Shown here piece by piece: positions 45,220 to 55,125 of a stretch of DNA of 64,000 nucleotides. Each line of letters begins with the position of its first letter. Position 1 is the stretch's first letter. The notes under the pieces were generated by a model. That model was not told the origin of the DNA, did not search any database, and was given only the letters and a program-made list of their open reading frames with translations. Position numbers and translations under genes: made by a program. This DNA comes from Spirochaetia bacterium (GTDB lineage: Bacteria > Spirochaetota > Spirochaetia > SZUA-6 > Bin103): NCBI GenBank assembly GCA_965203905.1, contig CBDBDQ010000005.1, positions 4,960,001 through 5,024,000 on the forward strand, in the 5' to 3' direction.

Positions 45220-45225
45220 AATATA
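45220..45225 (-). promoter_or_regulatory. Putative -10 box for leaderless HNH transcript
   Basis: TATATT 6 nt upstream of ATG 45213 in an AT-rich patch; no SD sequence. Confidence 0.45.
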
Positions 45226-45757
45226 CTACTGAATTGAAAATACCACGACCTTCCAGGTCTCGGACGGGCTTCGGAGATGGCTCAGGACGGGCGTAGCAGG
45301 GCGCTATCGAGCCAGCGGGCGCGAAGTGTTCTCTGGAGAGTCGGAAGCGCCACCACGGCCCGTAGAGGGCCGTCATGAGCGCGTCAGAGTGCGTCAAGCG
45401 TTTTCTTTGTTTTCTTGCGAATTTCTGGGATTCTTTCGGATCGTCAGCCTGCAGCACCGGCCGGGACATCTGCCGCACCGCCGCCTGCTGCGATGCCGTC
45501 AGAGCCGCCTGGACGTTCACGGCAAAGACCTCCCGCCACGTCCGAAACGAAAAGGGTGCGGCTCTTTTAGGACGACCTCTATCTTCAGTTTGATGCGTTA
45601 ATTGGGGGTTCTGTCGGACGCCCGGCGCTGGTTCAGCGGCATACGCTTGGGGAACGGGGCCATAGGCTGCCACGTATCGTGCTGGCGGGCATAGCAAGGG
45701 CTGGACAAAACCCACCACGACTCGGTACGGTGCCTCCGTTGTCAGCGGAGGGTGCCG

Positions 45758-46657
45758 ATGAATGCCAACAGCGAGGGCGTGCGCAGCGCCGGCAGAACGT
45801 TCAGTGAGGCTGAACTGCGGATCGTCTGCCAGATCGTTGCCGCCGGTGGCCGCCTCAGTCGTACGCAGTTGATGGTGCAGGTGTGTCGGCGGCTGCGCTG
45901 GCAGCGCCCGAACGGTGCGCTGAAGGTCCGCGAATGTCGTGATCTGTTTGCAATGCTGCAGCGCAGCGGTCGCCTGCGCCTGCCGCCGAAGCGCAGCACC
46001 GGGCGCCCGCTGGGCTCGCACACCGAGGTGCCGTGCACGCCGGCTGGCGAGCCGGGACGGCCAGTATGCGGCACCGTCGGGCAGTTCGGCAGCGTACACC
46101 TGGAGCCGGTCACGACCGCCGGCGAGCAGCGCTGGTGGCGGGAGCTGGTGGGCCGCTATCACTACCTGGGCTACCGGGTGCCGTTCGGTGCCCAACTGCG
46201 CTACCTGGCGTTCGTCAGCGAGCCCACCACGACGCTGGTGGCGGCGTTGCAACTGTCCTCGCCGGCGTGGCGGCTGGCGGCGCGCGAGCGCTGGATCGGC
46301 TGGGACGAACCGACTCGGACACGCAATCTGCAACGGGTGGTCAACAACAGTCGCTTCCTGGTGCTGCCGTGGGTCCGGGTGAAGAACTTGGCCAGCCGCC
46401 TGCTGGCGCTGCTGGCCGGGCGGCTGGCTGCCGATTGGCAGCAGCGGTTCGCGGTCGAGCCGCTGCTGCTGGAGACGCTGGTGGATAGCGGTCGCTTTGC
46501 CGGCACCTGCTACCGGGCTGCCAACTGGATCGAGTTGGGCGCCACGGCAGGTCGGGGACGCATGGACCGCGCCCATACCCGTCATGGGCAAGCGCCGAAG
46601 CGGGTTCTGGTGTATCCTCTGGTGGCCGACGCGCAACGCCGGCTGGCGCAGGGCTGA
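45758..46657 (+). CDS. DUF4338 (DruA-like) domain protein, IS passenger
   Basis: 'SRTQL...VC..L.W..PNG.LK...C', 'RYHYLGY...GAQLRYL', 'RERWIGW', 'NNSRFLVLPW...NLAS', 'ETLVD..RF.GTCYRAANW..LG.T.GRGR'. Confidence 0.85.
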   Translation: MNANSEGVRSAGRTFSEAELRIVCQIVAAGGRLSRTQLMVQVCRRLRWQRPNGALKVRECRDLFAMLQRSGRLRLPPKRSTGRPLGSHTEVPCTPAGEPGRPVCGTVGQFGSVHLEPVTTAGEQRWWRELVGRYHYLGYRVPFGAQLRYLAFVSEPTTTLVAALQLSSPAWRLAARERWIGWDEPTRTRNLQRVVNNSRFLVLPWVRVKNLASRLLALLAGRLAADWQQRFAVEPLLLETLVDSGRFAGTCYRAANWIELGATAGRGRMDRAHTRHGQAPKRVLVYPLVADAQRRLAQG

Positions 46658-48271
46658 GTGATGGGCGCTCCTCAGGCGTGGGCGAGTGAGCCGGCCGCCG
46701 ACCCCTTCGCTGCCACGCGGGCGCGGTTCGAGCACCTGCTGCGAATAGCCAACGACGTAGAGACGCGACAGATGAAGCACAGTGACCTGGAGCGACTGCT
46801 GACCAGCGAAGGTCAGGAACTGTTACGGCAACTCTACCAGAACTGTCTTGACCAGCAGGCCGAGGCGCAGGTCAGCGCAGAGGTGGTGGATGCGCAAGGC
46901 CAGCCGCGCACGCGCCAGCGGACCCAGCAGCGCCAGTTGGAGACGATCTTCGGCACCGTCCAGGTAGCGCGCACCGGCTACGGGGCGGAGGGGCAAGCGA
47001 GCCTGCATCCGCTGGATGCGCAGTTGAACCTTCCCGCCGAGCGCTACTCGCTGGAGGTGCGGCGGCGAGTAGCGCTGGAAGCAGCGAAGAACTCGTTTGA
47101 CGAGACGGTGGAGACGCTCAATCGCTGCACCGGTGCCAAGATCGGCAAGCGGCAGGTGGAAGAACTGGTCAGTCGGGCGGCGCAGGACTTCGACGCCTTC
47201 TACCAGCAGCGGCGCCAGCAAGCGTCTGCGGAGCAGACGGTCGCCGACCACGGAGCGGTCGAGCCGCAGGCGACTGAGGATGCCCTGCTGGTGATCACCA
47301 GCGACGCCAAGGGCGTGGTCATGCACCAGCAGGACCTGCGACCTGCCACGCGCGCGGCCAGCGAGCGCACGGCGCGTGGCAAGCTGGCCACGCGCCTGAG
47401 CAAGGGCGAGAAACGCAACCGCAAGCGCATGGCCACGGTGGCGGTCGTCTACTCGGTGGCCGCCCACGTGCGCACGCCGCAGCAGATGCTGGCGCTGCTG
47501 GCGCGCGCTGAGGACGCCGAGCAGCAACGCTCGCCGCCGCGACCGCGACCGCAGCACAAGCGCGTGTGGGCGAGTCTGAAGCAGGAACCTCGGCAGATGT
47601 TGCAGGAGGCGTTCCGAGAAGCGCGCGAGCGCGATCCGCAGCAGCAGCAGACCTGGGTCGCGGTGGTCGACGGCAACCGGACGCAGTTGGACCTCCTGGC
47701 AGAGCTGGCCGCGCACCACGGGGTGCAGGTGACCATCGTGCTGGACATCTTTCACGTGCTCGAATACCTGTGGAAAGCCGGCCACGCCCTGGAGGCCGAA
47801 GGCAGCCAACGGTTGGAGCAGTGGGTCTTGCAGCGCCTGGGACGTATCCTGGAAGGCCGCGCCCGCTCGGTGGCTGCCGGCATGCGCCGGAGCGCCACCA
47901 GGCGCCGCCTGACGAAGCGGCAGCGGCGACCGATCGACCAGTGCGCCAACTACCTGCTGAAGTACCAGGGCTACCTGGCCTACGACCGCTACCTGGCCGC
48001 TGGGCTGCCGATTGGCTCGGGCGTCGTCGAAGGCGCCTGCCGGCACTTGGTCAACGACCGCCTTGGCATTACCGGTGCGCGCTGGCGACTACGCTCGGCC
48101 GAAGCGGTACTGCGCCTCAGGGCGCTGCGCAGCAGCGGCGATTTCGACGCCTACTGGACGTTCCACGAGCAGCAGGAGTGGGAGCGTACCCACCGCCAAC
48201 GTTACGCTGAAGGCAACGTGCCGTCGCTGGAACACCCGAACCCCGTGCCGCACCTGAGACTCGTCCGGTAG
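46658..48271 (+). CDS. ISKra4 family DDE transposase
   Basis: 'TIFG.V...R..Y', 'PLDAQLNLP...YS', 'DAKGVVM', 'VVDG', 'LDIFHVLEYLW', 'PIGSGVVEGACRHLV..RL..TGARW'. Confidence 0.9.
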   Translation: MMGAPQAWASEPAADPFAATRARFEHLLRIANDVETRQMKHSDLERLLTSEGQELLRQLYQNCLDQQAEAQVSAEVVDAQGQPRTRQRTQQRQLETIFGTVQVARTGYGAEGQASLHPLDAQLNLPAERYSLEVRRRVALEAAKNSFDETVETLNRCTGAKIGKRQVEELVSRAAQDFDAFYQQRRQQASAEQTVADHGAVEPQATEDALLVITSDAKGVVMHQQDLRPATRAASERTARGKLATRLSKGEKRNRKRMATVAVVYSVAAHVRTPQQMLALLARAEDAEQQRSPPRPRPQHKRVWASLKQEPRQMLQEAFREARERDPQQQQTWVAVVDGNRTQLDLLAELAAHHGVQVTIVLDIFHVLEYLWKAGHALEAEGSQRLEQWVLQRLGRILEGRARSVAAGMRRSATRRRLTKRQRRPIDQCANYLLKYQGYLAYDRYLAAGLPIGSGVVEGACRHLVNDRLGITGARWRLRSAEAVLRLRALRSSGDFDAYWTFHEQQEWERTHRQRYAEGNVPSLEHPNPVPHLRLVR

Positions 48272-48629
48272 CGCCCCAGCTTTCCACCGCTCACCCGCGC
48301 CCGCCAGCCGCCGCCTGCGTACCGGCTCATCTGCGTCCGTCACGCTCCTGACTTAACTTGCCGTCCGCAGCCCCCATCGCAACGCGGAATCCCCGCCGTA
48401 GCCATGAGTAATACATGCTCTCCCCACCACGCCTATGCCCTCCCCCGCGTCGTCGCAAAAGAGCCGCACCCAAACGAAAAGGCAGACACGTTGACCAGCA
48501 TGTCCAACCGCTGCCACCGAAAGCGCCTGTGGTGCGGGTGACGGCCGACCCTGGTCCCGTAGCGTGCTCCCGCAGCGGCTCGCCGCTCGGCCCCCGAAGC
48601 GCCCAGCGTCGCCCATCGCCCATCGCGGG

Positions 48630-49424
48630 TCAGCGCTCCGGCAGCAGCGCCGTCAGGCCGCCGTCGATCACGAAGCTGGCGCCGGTGATGTTGCCGGCGC
48701 GGGCGGAGCACAGGAACAGCGTCAGTTCGGCCACCTCCTTCGGCCGCGAGAAGCGGCCAGTCGGATACTGCGACTCCCAGTCGCTGCGGGTCACCTCGTA
48801 CGAACGGTCCGTGTCTGCGGCCATGAGGTGGATCGCCTGCTCCACCAGGGGCGTCTCCACGGAGCCTGGACAGATCGCGTTCGCCCGAATGCCGTGCCGT
48901 GCCAGGTCGATCGCCTCGCTCCGGGTGAGCGCAAGCATACCCGCCTTGGTCACCGAATAGGCCATGGCGCGCGCCTGGTTGGCCAGACCGGAGACCGACG
49001 CAATGTTGACGATGGAGCCGCCGCCGGCGTCGACCATGAAGGGAACGGAATGGCGTGCCAGCAGATAGGCCGACGTGAGGTTGACGCTGAGCGTGCGCTC
49101 CCACACCTCCGGCGCCAGGTCCACGACGTCGCCCATGTTGTCGACGACCCCCACGGTGTTGACGAGCTGATTGACCCCGTCGAGAGCGCCTGCGGCCGAC
49201 CGGCAGAACGCCTGCACCGCCGCGTCCTCGGTCACGTCGACCGCTTCGTGGTACACGGTCGCGCCCTGCCCCGTGAGGACCGAGGCAAGGTGTGCCAGCT
49301 CCGCGGCGCGGATGTCGGCCAGCGCGACCGCGGCTCCGGCGCCGGCGAAGGCGCGCGCGATCGCCTCACCGATACCGCCGCAGGCGCCCGTAACGATGAC
49401 CTTCGATGCGTTGTGATCTTCCAC
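48630..49424 (-). CDS. SDR family oxidoreductase
   Basis: 'VTGACGGIG', 'IVNIAS', 'YSVTK', 'NAICPG', 'IDGG'; AGGAG RBS before GTG. Confidence 0.9.
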   Translation of the reverse strand: MEDHNASKVIVTGACGGIGEAIARAFAGAGAAVALADIRAAELAHLASVLTGQGATVYHEAVDVTEDAAVQAFCRSAAGALDGVNQLVNTVGVVDNMGDVVDLAPEVWERTLSVNLTSAYLLARHSVPFMVDAGGGSIVNIASVSGLANQARAMAYSVTKAGMLALTRSEAIDLARHGIRANAICPGSVETPLVEQAIHLMAADTDRSYEVTRSDWESQYPTGRFSRPKEVAELTLFLCSARAGNITGASFVIDGGLTALLPER

Positions 49425-49537
49425 GGCATGCTCCTGTCTTGGACCGGTATAGCCTATGACATCTTGGCCGGAGAAGGGGAGCTGCATTACCATGGAACGA
49501 TGGTCCGACGACCTCTGTCTCCGGGGCAGCCCGCGCC

Positions 49538-50383
49538 ATGATCGGCGGCTGGCTCCTGCTCGGGACCTGGCTCTCGCTCTGGTCGTTCCTCCACGCGGAG
49601 CCCTTCGGGACCTTGCCCCAGCCGGATCTCGCCGGGCCCGTGGAGTCCGTGACGATCTCCCGCGCGGCGGCAACCGAGGGCGCATCGCCGGTGACCCTTG
49701 CCAAGCTACGCTTCACTCCCGAGGGGAACCTCGCAGAACGCGAGACCTACGCGGATGGTGCGCTGGAGTACCGCTGTCGCTACCGCTACGACGAGCGCGG
49801 GCGGCTGCGGGAGCGTACCTGCCGCCACCCCGACGGATCGGTCCGCGAACGGCGGGTCACCAGCTACCTCGGCGACCGGGTCCGGCGCCACGAGTACTAC
49901 TACCAATGGAACATTCTCAGGTGGGAGGAGCAGTTCGACCACACGGGGGCAGGTGACGCGGCAGGCGACACGGCTGGCGAGGTGAGGGTAGTGACCATCG
50001 CCTACACCCTGGACGACTTCGTGGGAAACAAGGTGATCCAGCGCTACGTGTCGCGCTACGCGCGCTACGAGGAGCACCGGGAAGTGGTCGAAGTCGCGGA
50101 GTACACCGACGCCGGCCACGCTCGCCTGCGGTGGCGGAGCGCCGCTGGGCGAGAGGTGTTCGAGACCTACACCGGCAAGGGCGAACGGGTAGCAAGCATC
50201 GAGCGCATCCGGGACGGCTCCGTAGCGGTCCGGGAGCTCCGTTACGACGCCGCCGGCGAGCCCACCCTGGAACTCCGCTCAGCCTATGAGTACGACGCCC
50301 ACGGCAACTGGGTGAAGCAGGTCGTCCACGGCCCCGCGGGTCTCTTCGCCGTCTACACGCGGCAGATCGAGTACTACCAGTGA
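49538..50383 (+). CDS. Secreted hypothetical protein with YD-repeat-like motifs
   Basis: Hydrophobic N-terminus; 'YRYDERGRL', 'RYDAAGE', 'YEYDAHGNWVKQ', terminal 'RQIEYY'. Confidence 0.6.
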   Translation: MIGGWLLLGTWLSLWSFLHAEPFGTLPQPDLAGPVESVTISRAAATEGASPVTLAKLRFTPEGNLAERETYADGALEYRCRYRYDERGRLRERTCRHPDGSVRERRVTSYLGDRVRRHEYYYQWNILRWEEQFDHTGAGDAAGDTAGEVRVVTIAYTLDDFVGNKVIQRYVSRYARYEEHREVVEVAEYTDAGHARLRWRSAAGREVFETYTGKGERVASIERIRDGSVAVRELRYDAAGEPTLELRSAYEYDAHGNWVKQVVHGPAGLFAVYTRQIEYYQ

Positions 50384-53300
50384 AGGCCGACGCCACAACC
50401 GGCCGTGCCGGCGCGCCGCATCCGATCGCGACTCACCTCGTCAGGATCCAGTGGGGCTACTGGATGCTGTACGGCAACTACGGCGTCCAGCACGCGGACC
50501 ATAGCTGGGACGGCACGCTGACGGCCCGGGACGGAGAGATCCTGCGCTGCTGGCTGCTGGAGTTCAGCGGTTACGCGGGGCCCGGCCGCGAGAGCCTCCT
50601 GTCGCTGCCCGAACCGCGCTGGCACTGGCAGCCGGCGAACGCCAACAACCGGATGGGCGGCGTGGTGTTCGAGCTGCGCGGCGGCGCCGACTCGGTGGTG
50701 TCCTTCTGCACCAGGACCATCGACTTGAGCTTCTCCGTGGAGCAGCTCGTGGCACGCAAAGAACTACGCTTCCACGTGGGGCCGCGCTACAGCAACGTCG
50801 ACGTGATCGTGACGCTCGACGGCCACGATCCGGAACTGGATCAGGACCGCGACCTGGCGGTGCTGACGCGGGCCGACGGCCGCTTCCGGGCTCTGCTCCA
50901 GGCCGGGGCCATGCGCGCTCCCCTGCGCCGCTGGTTCCGGACCGACTGGGCGTGGGTCGTGCCGCGGGCCGCGGCGGAAGTCGAGATCCCGGCTCCCCGG
51001 TGGGGTCTCGCCAAGTCCTCCGGGGAGCGCTTCCTCAGCGTCACCATCCGCTGCGCCGCGGCATTCCCGGTGCGCCCGGGGGAGTCCCTGGAAGAGATCG
51101 TTGCGCGCGGCGGTGCCCGCAACCTGGCGGTTCCGCCGGACATCCACCGCGAGATCATCCTGCCATGGGAGGCATTCTTCGGCGATGAGCTGGTCGCCGA
51201 GGGGCGGCAGTTCTTCGCCTACCTGGGCAACGTGCCCCTGATGGAGGAGCTGACCGTCGCCCTTCCCGAGCCCCGCTTCGGATCGGGCCCCGACACCCTC
51301 ACCATCCGCAATGGCAGCGACGAAGCCCACCTGCTGGTCGCCCGCGCCTACCTGGAGGAGCAAGCCGCGGCCGAGCTTTCGGTCCACTGTCCGCGCTGGG
51401 TCAGGAAGGACGCGGAGTTCGAGGCGACCGTGACCTGCCGCGCGGAGCAGCAAAGCGCACGCATCCTCGCGCCAGGGTCGGTTCGCGTGCTCATGCCACT
51501 ACCCGAGCGGCTGCCCGCGGGAGAGCACCGGGTGAAGCTGAAAATCGACCAGCCGCTGGCCGAAGTGCGCATCGCGGTGGCCACGGAGTCCACCCGCGCC
51601 GAGTCCCGGATCGAGCAGGTGGTGGCCGCCGAGCCCGAGGCGCACCCGATGTTGGTGGGCCTGGAGGACAAGACCCTCCCCGCCAACTCACCCGGACACC
51701 GGGAGGAGGTGATCCGCCACATGGCCAGGACGCAGATGGCGGATCTGCTGATCTTCCGCCGCGGCCGCAACGTCGCGGCCACCGCGCAGCTCGCACGTCT
51801 CTGCCGCGAGCACGGGATCCACTGCCGGTGCACCCAGCCCATGGGCATCGACCGGTTCCACGCCATGCAGCGGGAGGCGGGGCCGTTGCTGCTGGGGTGG
51901 GAGTGGACGGAGCACGACGGTCCGCTCTGGGGATACATCCAGACGCCGCTGCCCTCCCGGCAGCCGGTCGCAAAGGCCACCATGCGCACGGCGTACGAGG
52001 CCTACCTCGATTACGTCCGCAGCCTGGTCGCGCGCGTCCGCCGCGCGGCACCCGAGACCAAGGTGTGGCTCATGGTCTCGGCCATCGGCCACAGCCTGGC
52101 CTACGCCGGCGGCATGGACGTCTGTGTCTCCCAGCTCAACAAGAGCCACAACGTGGCCCTGCTCTCCGACGCGCGCGGCGCGGCGCGGGCCCATGGCAGG
52201 GAGTTCTGGGGCAGCTACCAGGCTGAAGGTGCCCACGTCAACCCCGACGGGCCGCAACAACTCCGCATGTGGTGGCTGTCGCTGTACCTGGCCTACGCGG
52301 CCGGCGCGGGCACCGCGAACGACGAGGAGTGCCTCTACCGCACTTGGCACGAGCGCCTGTACGCCAGCGGCGAACGCGTGCCGCGTGAGCGGCGCCGGAT
52401 CCTGCGGGAGTTCAACCGCTACGTGAAGACACACCCCCGCCGAGGAGCGGTGCGCGTGCGCCAGGCGCTGCTGATCGGCAGGTACGCCTGCGACGTGGCC
52501 GACGGCATCGGCGCGGCGGACGCGCACGGGACCACGGCGCAGACCATGGTGTGGCGCAACTTCGGTGAGTGGACGCCGGCCTGGCGTCCCTCCCAGGCGG
52601 AATACGGCATGCGGCACCTCGACGTGTTCCTTCCCGGCGTGTGGCTGCAGACCCTGGTGCAGTCACCCGGCGACGTGCGCCGCTGGTATTCCGGCACTCC
52701 CTACGGAGAGATCGACTTCATCCCCGTGGACTGCGATCCCGGCGTGCTCGGCGAATACGCTCTGCTGTTCATGCTCGGCTGGAATACCGCGGACGACGCC
52801 CAGTACGGCAGGCTCAAGTCCTACGTCGAGGGCGGCGGCACGCTGTTCCTGAGCGTGCCCCACCTGACGCGGAACGAGGAACGGGGGTTTCTGTGGGACG
52901 GCCTGGAGCCGCTGAACCTGATCCGGGACGGGGACTTCGCCGATCTGTTCGGCGTGCGGGTCGCCGGTCGCGGGCCCGCCGTGGGCAACGTCGTGGCTGA
53001 AGCCGGCACCCGGGACAACCCGCTGGCCGGGTACGCCCAGTCCGCCTCGTTCTTCCGCCTCCCGCCGGTGCACCCGCTCCACGATCCCGCGTGTCTCGCG
53101 GAGGTCACGCTGGCCGGAGCCGAGGTGCTGGCTCGCGACGCGCAGAGCGGCAGGCCGGTGCTGGTCCGGCGCCGGCTGGGCCACGGCGAAGCGTACCTGC
53201 TGTGCACCTGGGCCTATCCCGGCAACTCGTGGCTCAAGCCCCTGGTCGACGACTTCCTGCGCGCCCTGGCCGAGACGGTGCCCGCGCCGGTGGCGCTGGA

Positions 53301-53787
53301 GGACGGCACCGGCGACGTGTACTACACGGTCCGGGTGGAGCCGGCGCGGTCCGGCACGGGGACATCGTCGGATCAGGCTCCGGCCCCGGGCCATCAGGTT
53401 TACCGTGTCCACCTCCTGAACACCGATTGGACAGCGGCCGGAAACGAGAAGGCGTGCCGGCTTCGCCTCGGCGCAGACCGCGTCGAAGTCAAGATCGGTG
53501 AAGGTCGACTGAGCGAAATCGTGTGGGCCGGTCCGCTGGCGTTCCTGGTCGAGGACCCCAAGGTCCACGTGGCCGGGCTGGCACGGACGGCCGGCGGTTA
53601 CACGGCCGCGGTGCACGGATACGGGCGCGCCGAGATCGCCGTGCAGGCCCTGGGCGAGCACCGCCTCGGCGCGGTTACCTGGCGTGGACTCCCCGTGACC
53701 CTGGAGCCCGAGGCCGGCTGGACTCGCGCTCGATTCGACTTCGCGGACCGCAGCACGGGAGAACTCGCAGTCGGGGTCTTGTTGTGA
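50380..53787 (+). CDS. Large hypothetical protein (1135 aa), paralog of 35547-38825
   Basis: Collinear similarity over its whole length; GTG start overlaps the upstream stop. Confidence 0.75.
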   Translation: MKADATTGRAGAPHPIATHLVRIQWGYWMLYGNYGVQHADHSWDGTLTARDGEILRCWLLEFSGYAGPGRESLLSLPEPRWHWQPANANNRMGGVVFELRGGADSVVSFCTRTIDLSFSVEQLVARKELRFHVGPRYSNVDVIVTLDGHDPELDQDRDLAVLTRADGRFRALLQAGAMRAPLRRWFRTDWAWVVPRAAAEVEIPAPRWGLAKSSGERFLSVTIRCAAAFPVRPGESLEEIVARGGARNLAVPPDIHREIILPWEAFFGDELVAEGRQFFAYLGNVPLMEELTVALPEPRFGSGPDTLTIRNGSDEAHLLVARAYLEEQAAAELSVHCPRWVRKDAEFEATVTCRAEQQSARILAPGSVRVLMPLPERLPAGEHRVKLKIDQPLAEVRIAVATESTRAESRIEQVVAAEPEAHPMLVGLEDKTLPANSPGHREEVIRHMARTQMADLLIFRRGRNVAATAQLARLCREHGIHCRCTQPMGIDRFHAMQREAGPLLLGWEWTEHDGPLWGYIQTPLPSRQPVAKATMRTAYEAYLDYVRSLVARVRRAAPETKVWLMVSAIGHSLAYAGGMDVCVSQLNKSHNVALLSDARGAARAHGREFWGSYQAEGAHVNPDGPQQLRMWWLSLYLAYAAGAGTANDEECLYRTWHERLYASGERVPRERRRILREFNRYVKTHPRRGAVRVRQALLIGRYACDVADGIGAADAHGTTAQTMVWRNFGEWTPAWRPSQAEYGMRHLDVFLPGVWLQTLVQSPGDVRRWYSGTPYGEIDFIPVDCDPGVLGEYALLFMLGWNTADDAQYGRLKSYVEGGGTLFLSVPHLTRNEERGFLWDGLEPLNLIRDGDFADLFGVRVAGRGPAVGNVVAEAGTRDNPLAGYAQSASFFRLPPVHPLHDPACLAEVTLAGAEVLARDAQSGRPVLVRRRLGHGEAYLLCTWAYPGNSWLKPLVDDFLRALAETVPAPVALEDGTGDVYYTVRVEPARSGTGTSSDQAPAPGHQVYRVHLLNTDWTAAGNEKACRLRLGADRVEVKIGEGRLSEIVWAGPLAFLVEDPKVHVAGLARTAGGYTAAVHGYGRAEIAVQALGEHRLGAVTWRGLPVTLEPEAGWTRARFDFADRSTGELAVGVLL

Positions 53788-53993
53788 GCTGCTGAAGTCC
53801 GGACCCCGTGTCGGATCGTGCGGTGCCGTCGGCACCCGCCCATCGTATACGGCTGAGAGTGAACCCGGAGGACAGCGTCTGTTTCGCGGTCCATCTGGGG
53901 AGATGTCTCGAAGAAGAAAGAGACGGCGCGTCTGACCACCTCGCGGATTCTCCGAACCAACTCTTCAGGCAACTGGTTCTGGGTCCAGGTGCA

Positions 53994-54308
53994 TCATTCC
54001 GCAACTTCAATCAATACTTCTGGATGCCGTTCTACTATTTTAAGAAGTGTCTGCGCCGCGCCGGAGGGCCTGCGCCGTCCCTGTTCCCACTGCTCCAGCG
54101 TGCGCCGGGAAACACCCAGCGCGGCGGCAAACTGCGCCTGGGAAAGACCGCTGTTGAGACGCACGCGGACCAGGCGGGACTTGAGCTGCACCTTCGTGCG
54201 TTTGCCCCCGCCTGCCTTGATCTCGCGCACGCCGTCCAGGACCTCCTGCCAAACATCGCGATCGGCCTCGAACTTGGCCAGATCCTTCCCAGAAAGCTTT
54301 TTACTCAT
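53994..54308 (-). CDS. Xre/HigA-type HTH antitoxin
   Basis: 'R..SGLSQAQFAAALGVS.RTLEQWEQGRR.PSGAA.TLL'. Confidence 0.85.
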   Translation of the reverse strand: MSKKLSGKDLAKFEADRDVWQEVLDGVREIKAGGGKRTKVQLKSRLVRVRLNSGLSQAQFAAALGVSRRTLEQWEQGRRRPSGAAQTLLKIVERHPEVLIEVAE

Positions 54309-54351
54309 TTTGGAGTGCCTCCAACAACTGCTTCAGAATATGCGCAGGAAC
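54301..54351 (-). pseudogene. C-terminal stub of RelE/HigB-type toxin
   Basis: 'VPAHILKQLLEALQNE*' overlaps the antitoxin start; the rest is replaced by the duplicated segment. Confidence 0.55.
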
Positions 54352-54357
54352 CGTGTG

Positions 54358-54985
54358 GGGCCAGGGCGAAGCGTACCTGCTGTGCACCTGGGCCTATCCC
54401 GGCAACTCGTGGCTCAAGCCCCTGGTCGACGACATCCTGCATGCCCTGGCCGAGACGGTGCCCGAGTCGGTGGCGCTGGAGGAGGGCACCGGCGACGTGT
54501 ACTACACGGTACGGATGGAATCGGCACGCTCTGGCACAGGGATGGTCCGCCCGCCGGACCAGGACCACGAGGTGTGCCGGGTCCATCTCCTGAACACGGA
54601 TTGGACGGCGGCCGGAAACGAGAAGGCGTGCCGCCTTCGCCTTGGCACAAACCGCGTCGACATCAAGATCGGTGAAGGTCGACTGAGCGAGATCGTGTGG
54701 GCCGGTCCGCTGGCGTTCCTGGTCGAGGACCCCAAGGTCCACGTGGCCGGGCTGGCACGGACGGCCGGCGGGTACACGGCCGCGGTGCACGGATACGGGC
54801 GCGCCGAGATCGCCCTGCAGGCCCTGGACGAGCATCGCCTCGGCGCGGTTACCTGGCGCGGGCGCCCCGTGAGCCTGGAGCCCGAGGCCGGCTGGACGCG
54901 CGCTCGATTCGACTTCGCGGACCGCAGCACGGGACAGCTCGCAGTCGGGGTCTTGTTGTGACCTGCTGAAATCCAAGACCCCGTG
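54358..54985 (+). pseudogene. Diverged duplicate of the 3' end of the 1135-aa gene (53178-53810)
   Basis: About 630 bp direct repeat, in frame to its stop at 54961 and extending ~24 bp beyond. Confidence 0.88.
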
Positions 54986-55125
54986 AGAGGCCTTGGCGCA
55001 CGCCTATGCTGGCGATTCGGGGAGCGTTATGCTGTGACGGCAAGATCAGACCGACCGGCCGCCGCCGGCTTCGTGGCGGTCGTGTCAATAACCGTGCTCG
55101 CGTGCCGTACGTAAGGAGCAAAACC

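Larger units (their letters stand above)
45554..48471 (+). mobile_element. Complete ISKra4-family insertion sequence (2918 bp)
   Basis: TIRs GGGTGCGGCTCTTTT(AG/GC)GACGAC at 45554-45576 and 48449-48471 (21/23 match); TSD AAACGAAAA at 45545-45553 and 48472-48480. Confidence 0.92.
45467..48520 (-). pseudogene. Degraded SDR remnant split by the ISKra4-type element
   Basis: Removing the IS and one TSD gives in-frame 'RLDMLVNVSAFSF-RTWREVFAVNVQA...QAAVRQM'. Confidence 0.55.

Noticed and set aside
44189-46780. 863-aa minus-strand ORF
   Set aside because: Crosses the IS boundary, is antisense to DUF4338 and out of frame with HNH; only the short SDR-like stretch is meaningful
53808-54593. 261-aa + strand ORF
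   Set aside because: Antisense to the antitoxin and out of frame with the duplicated segment
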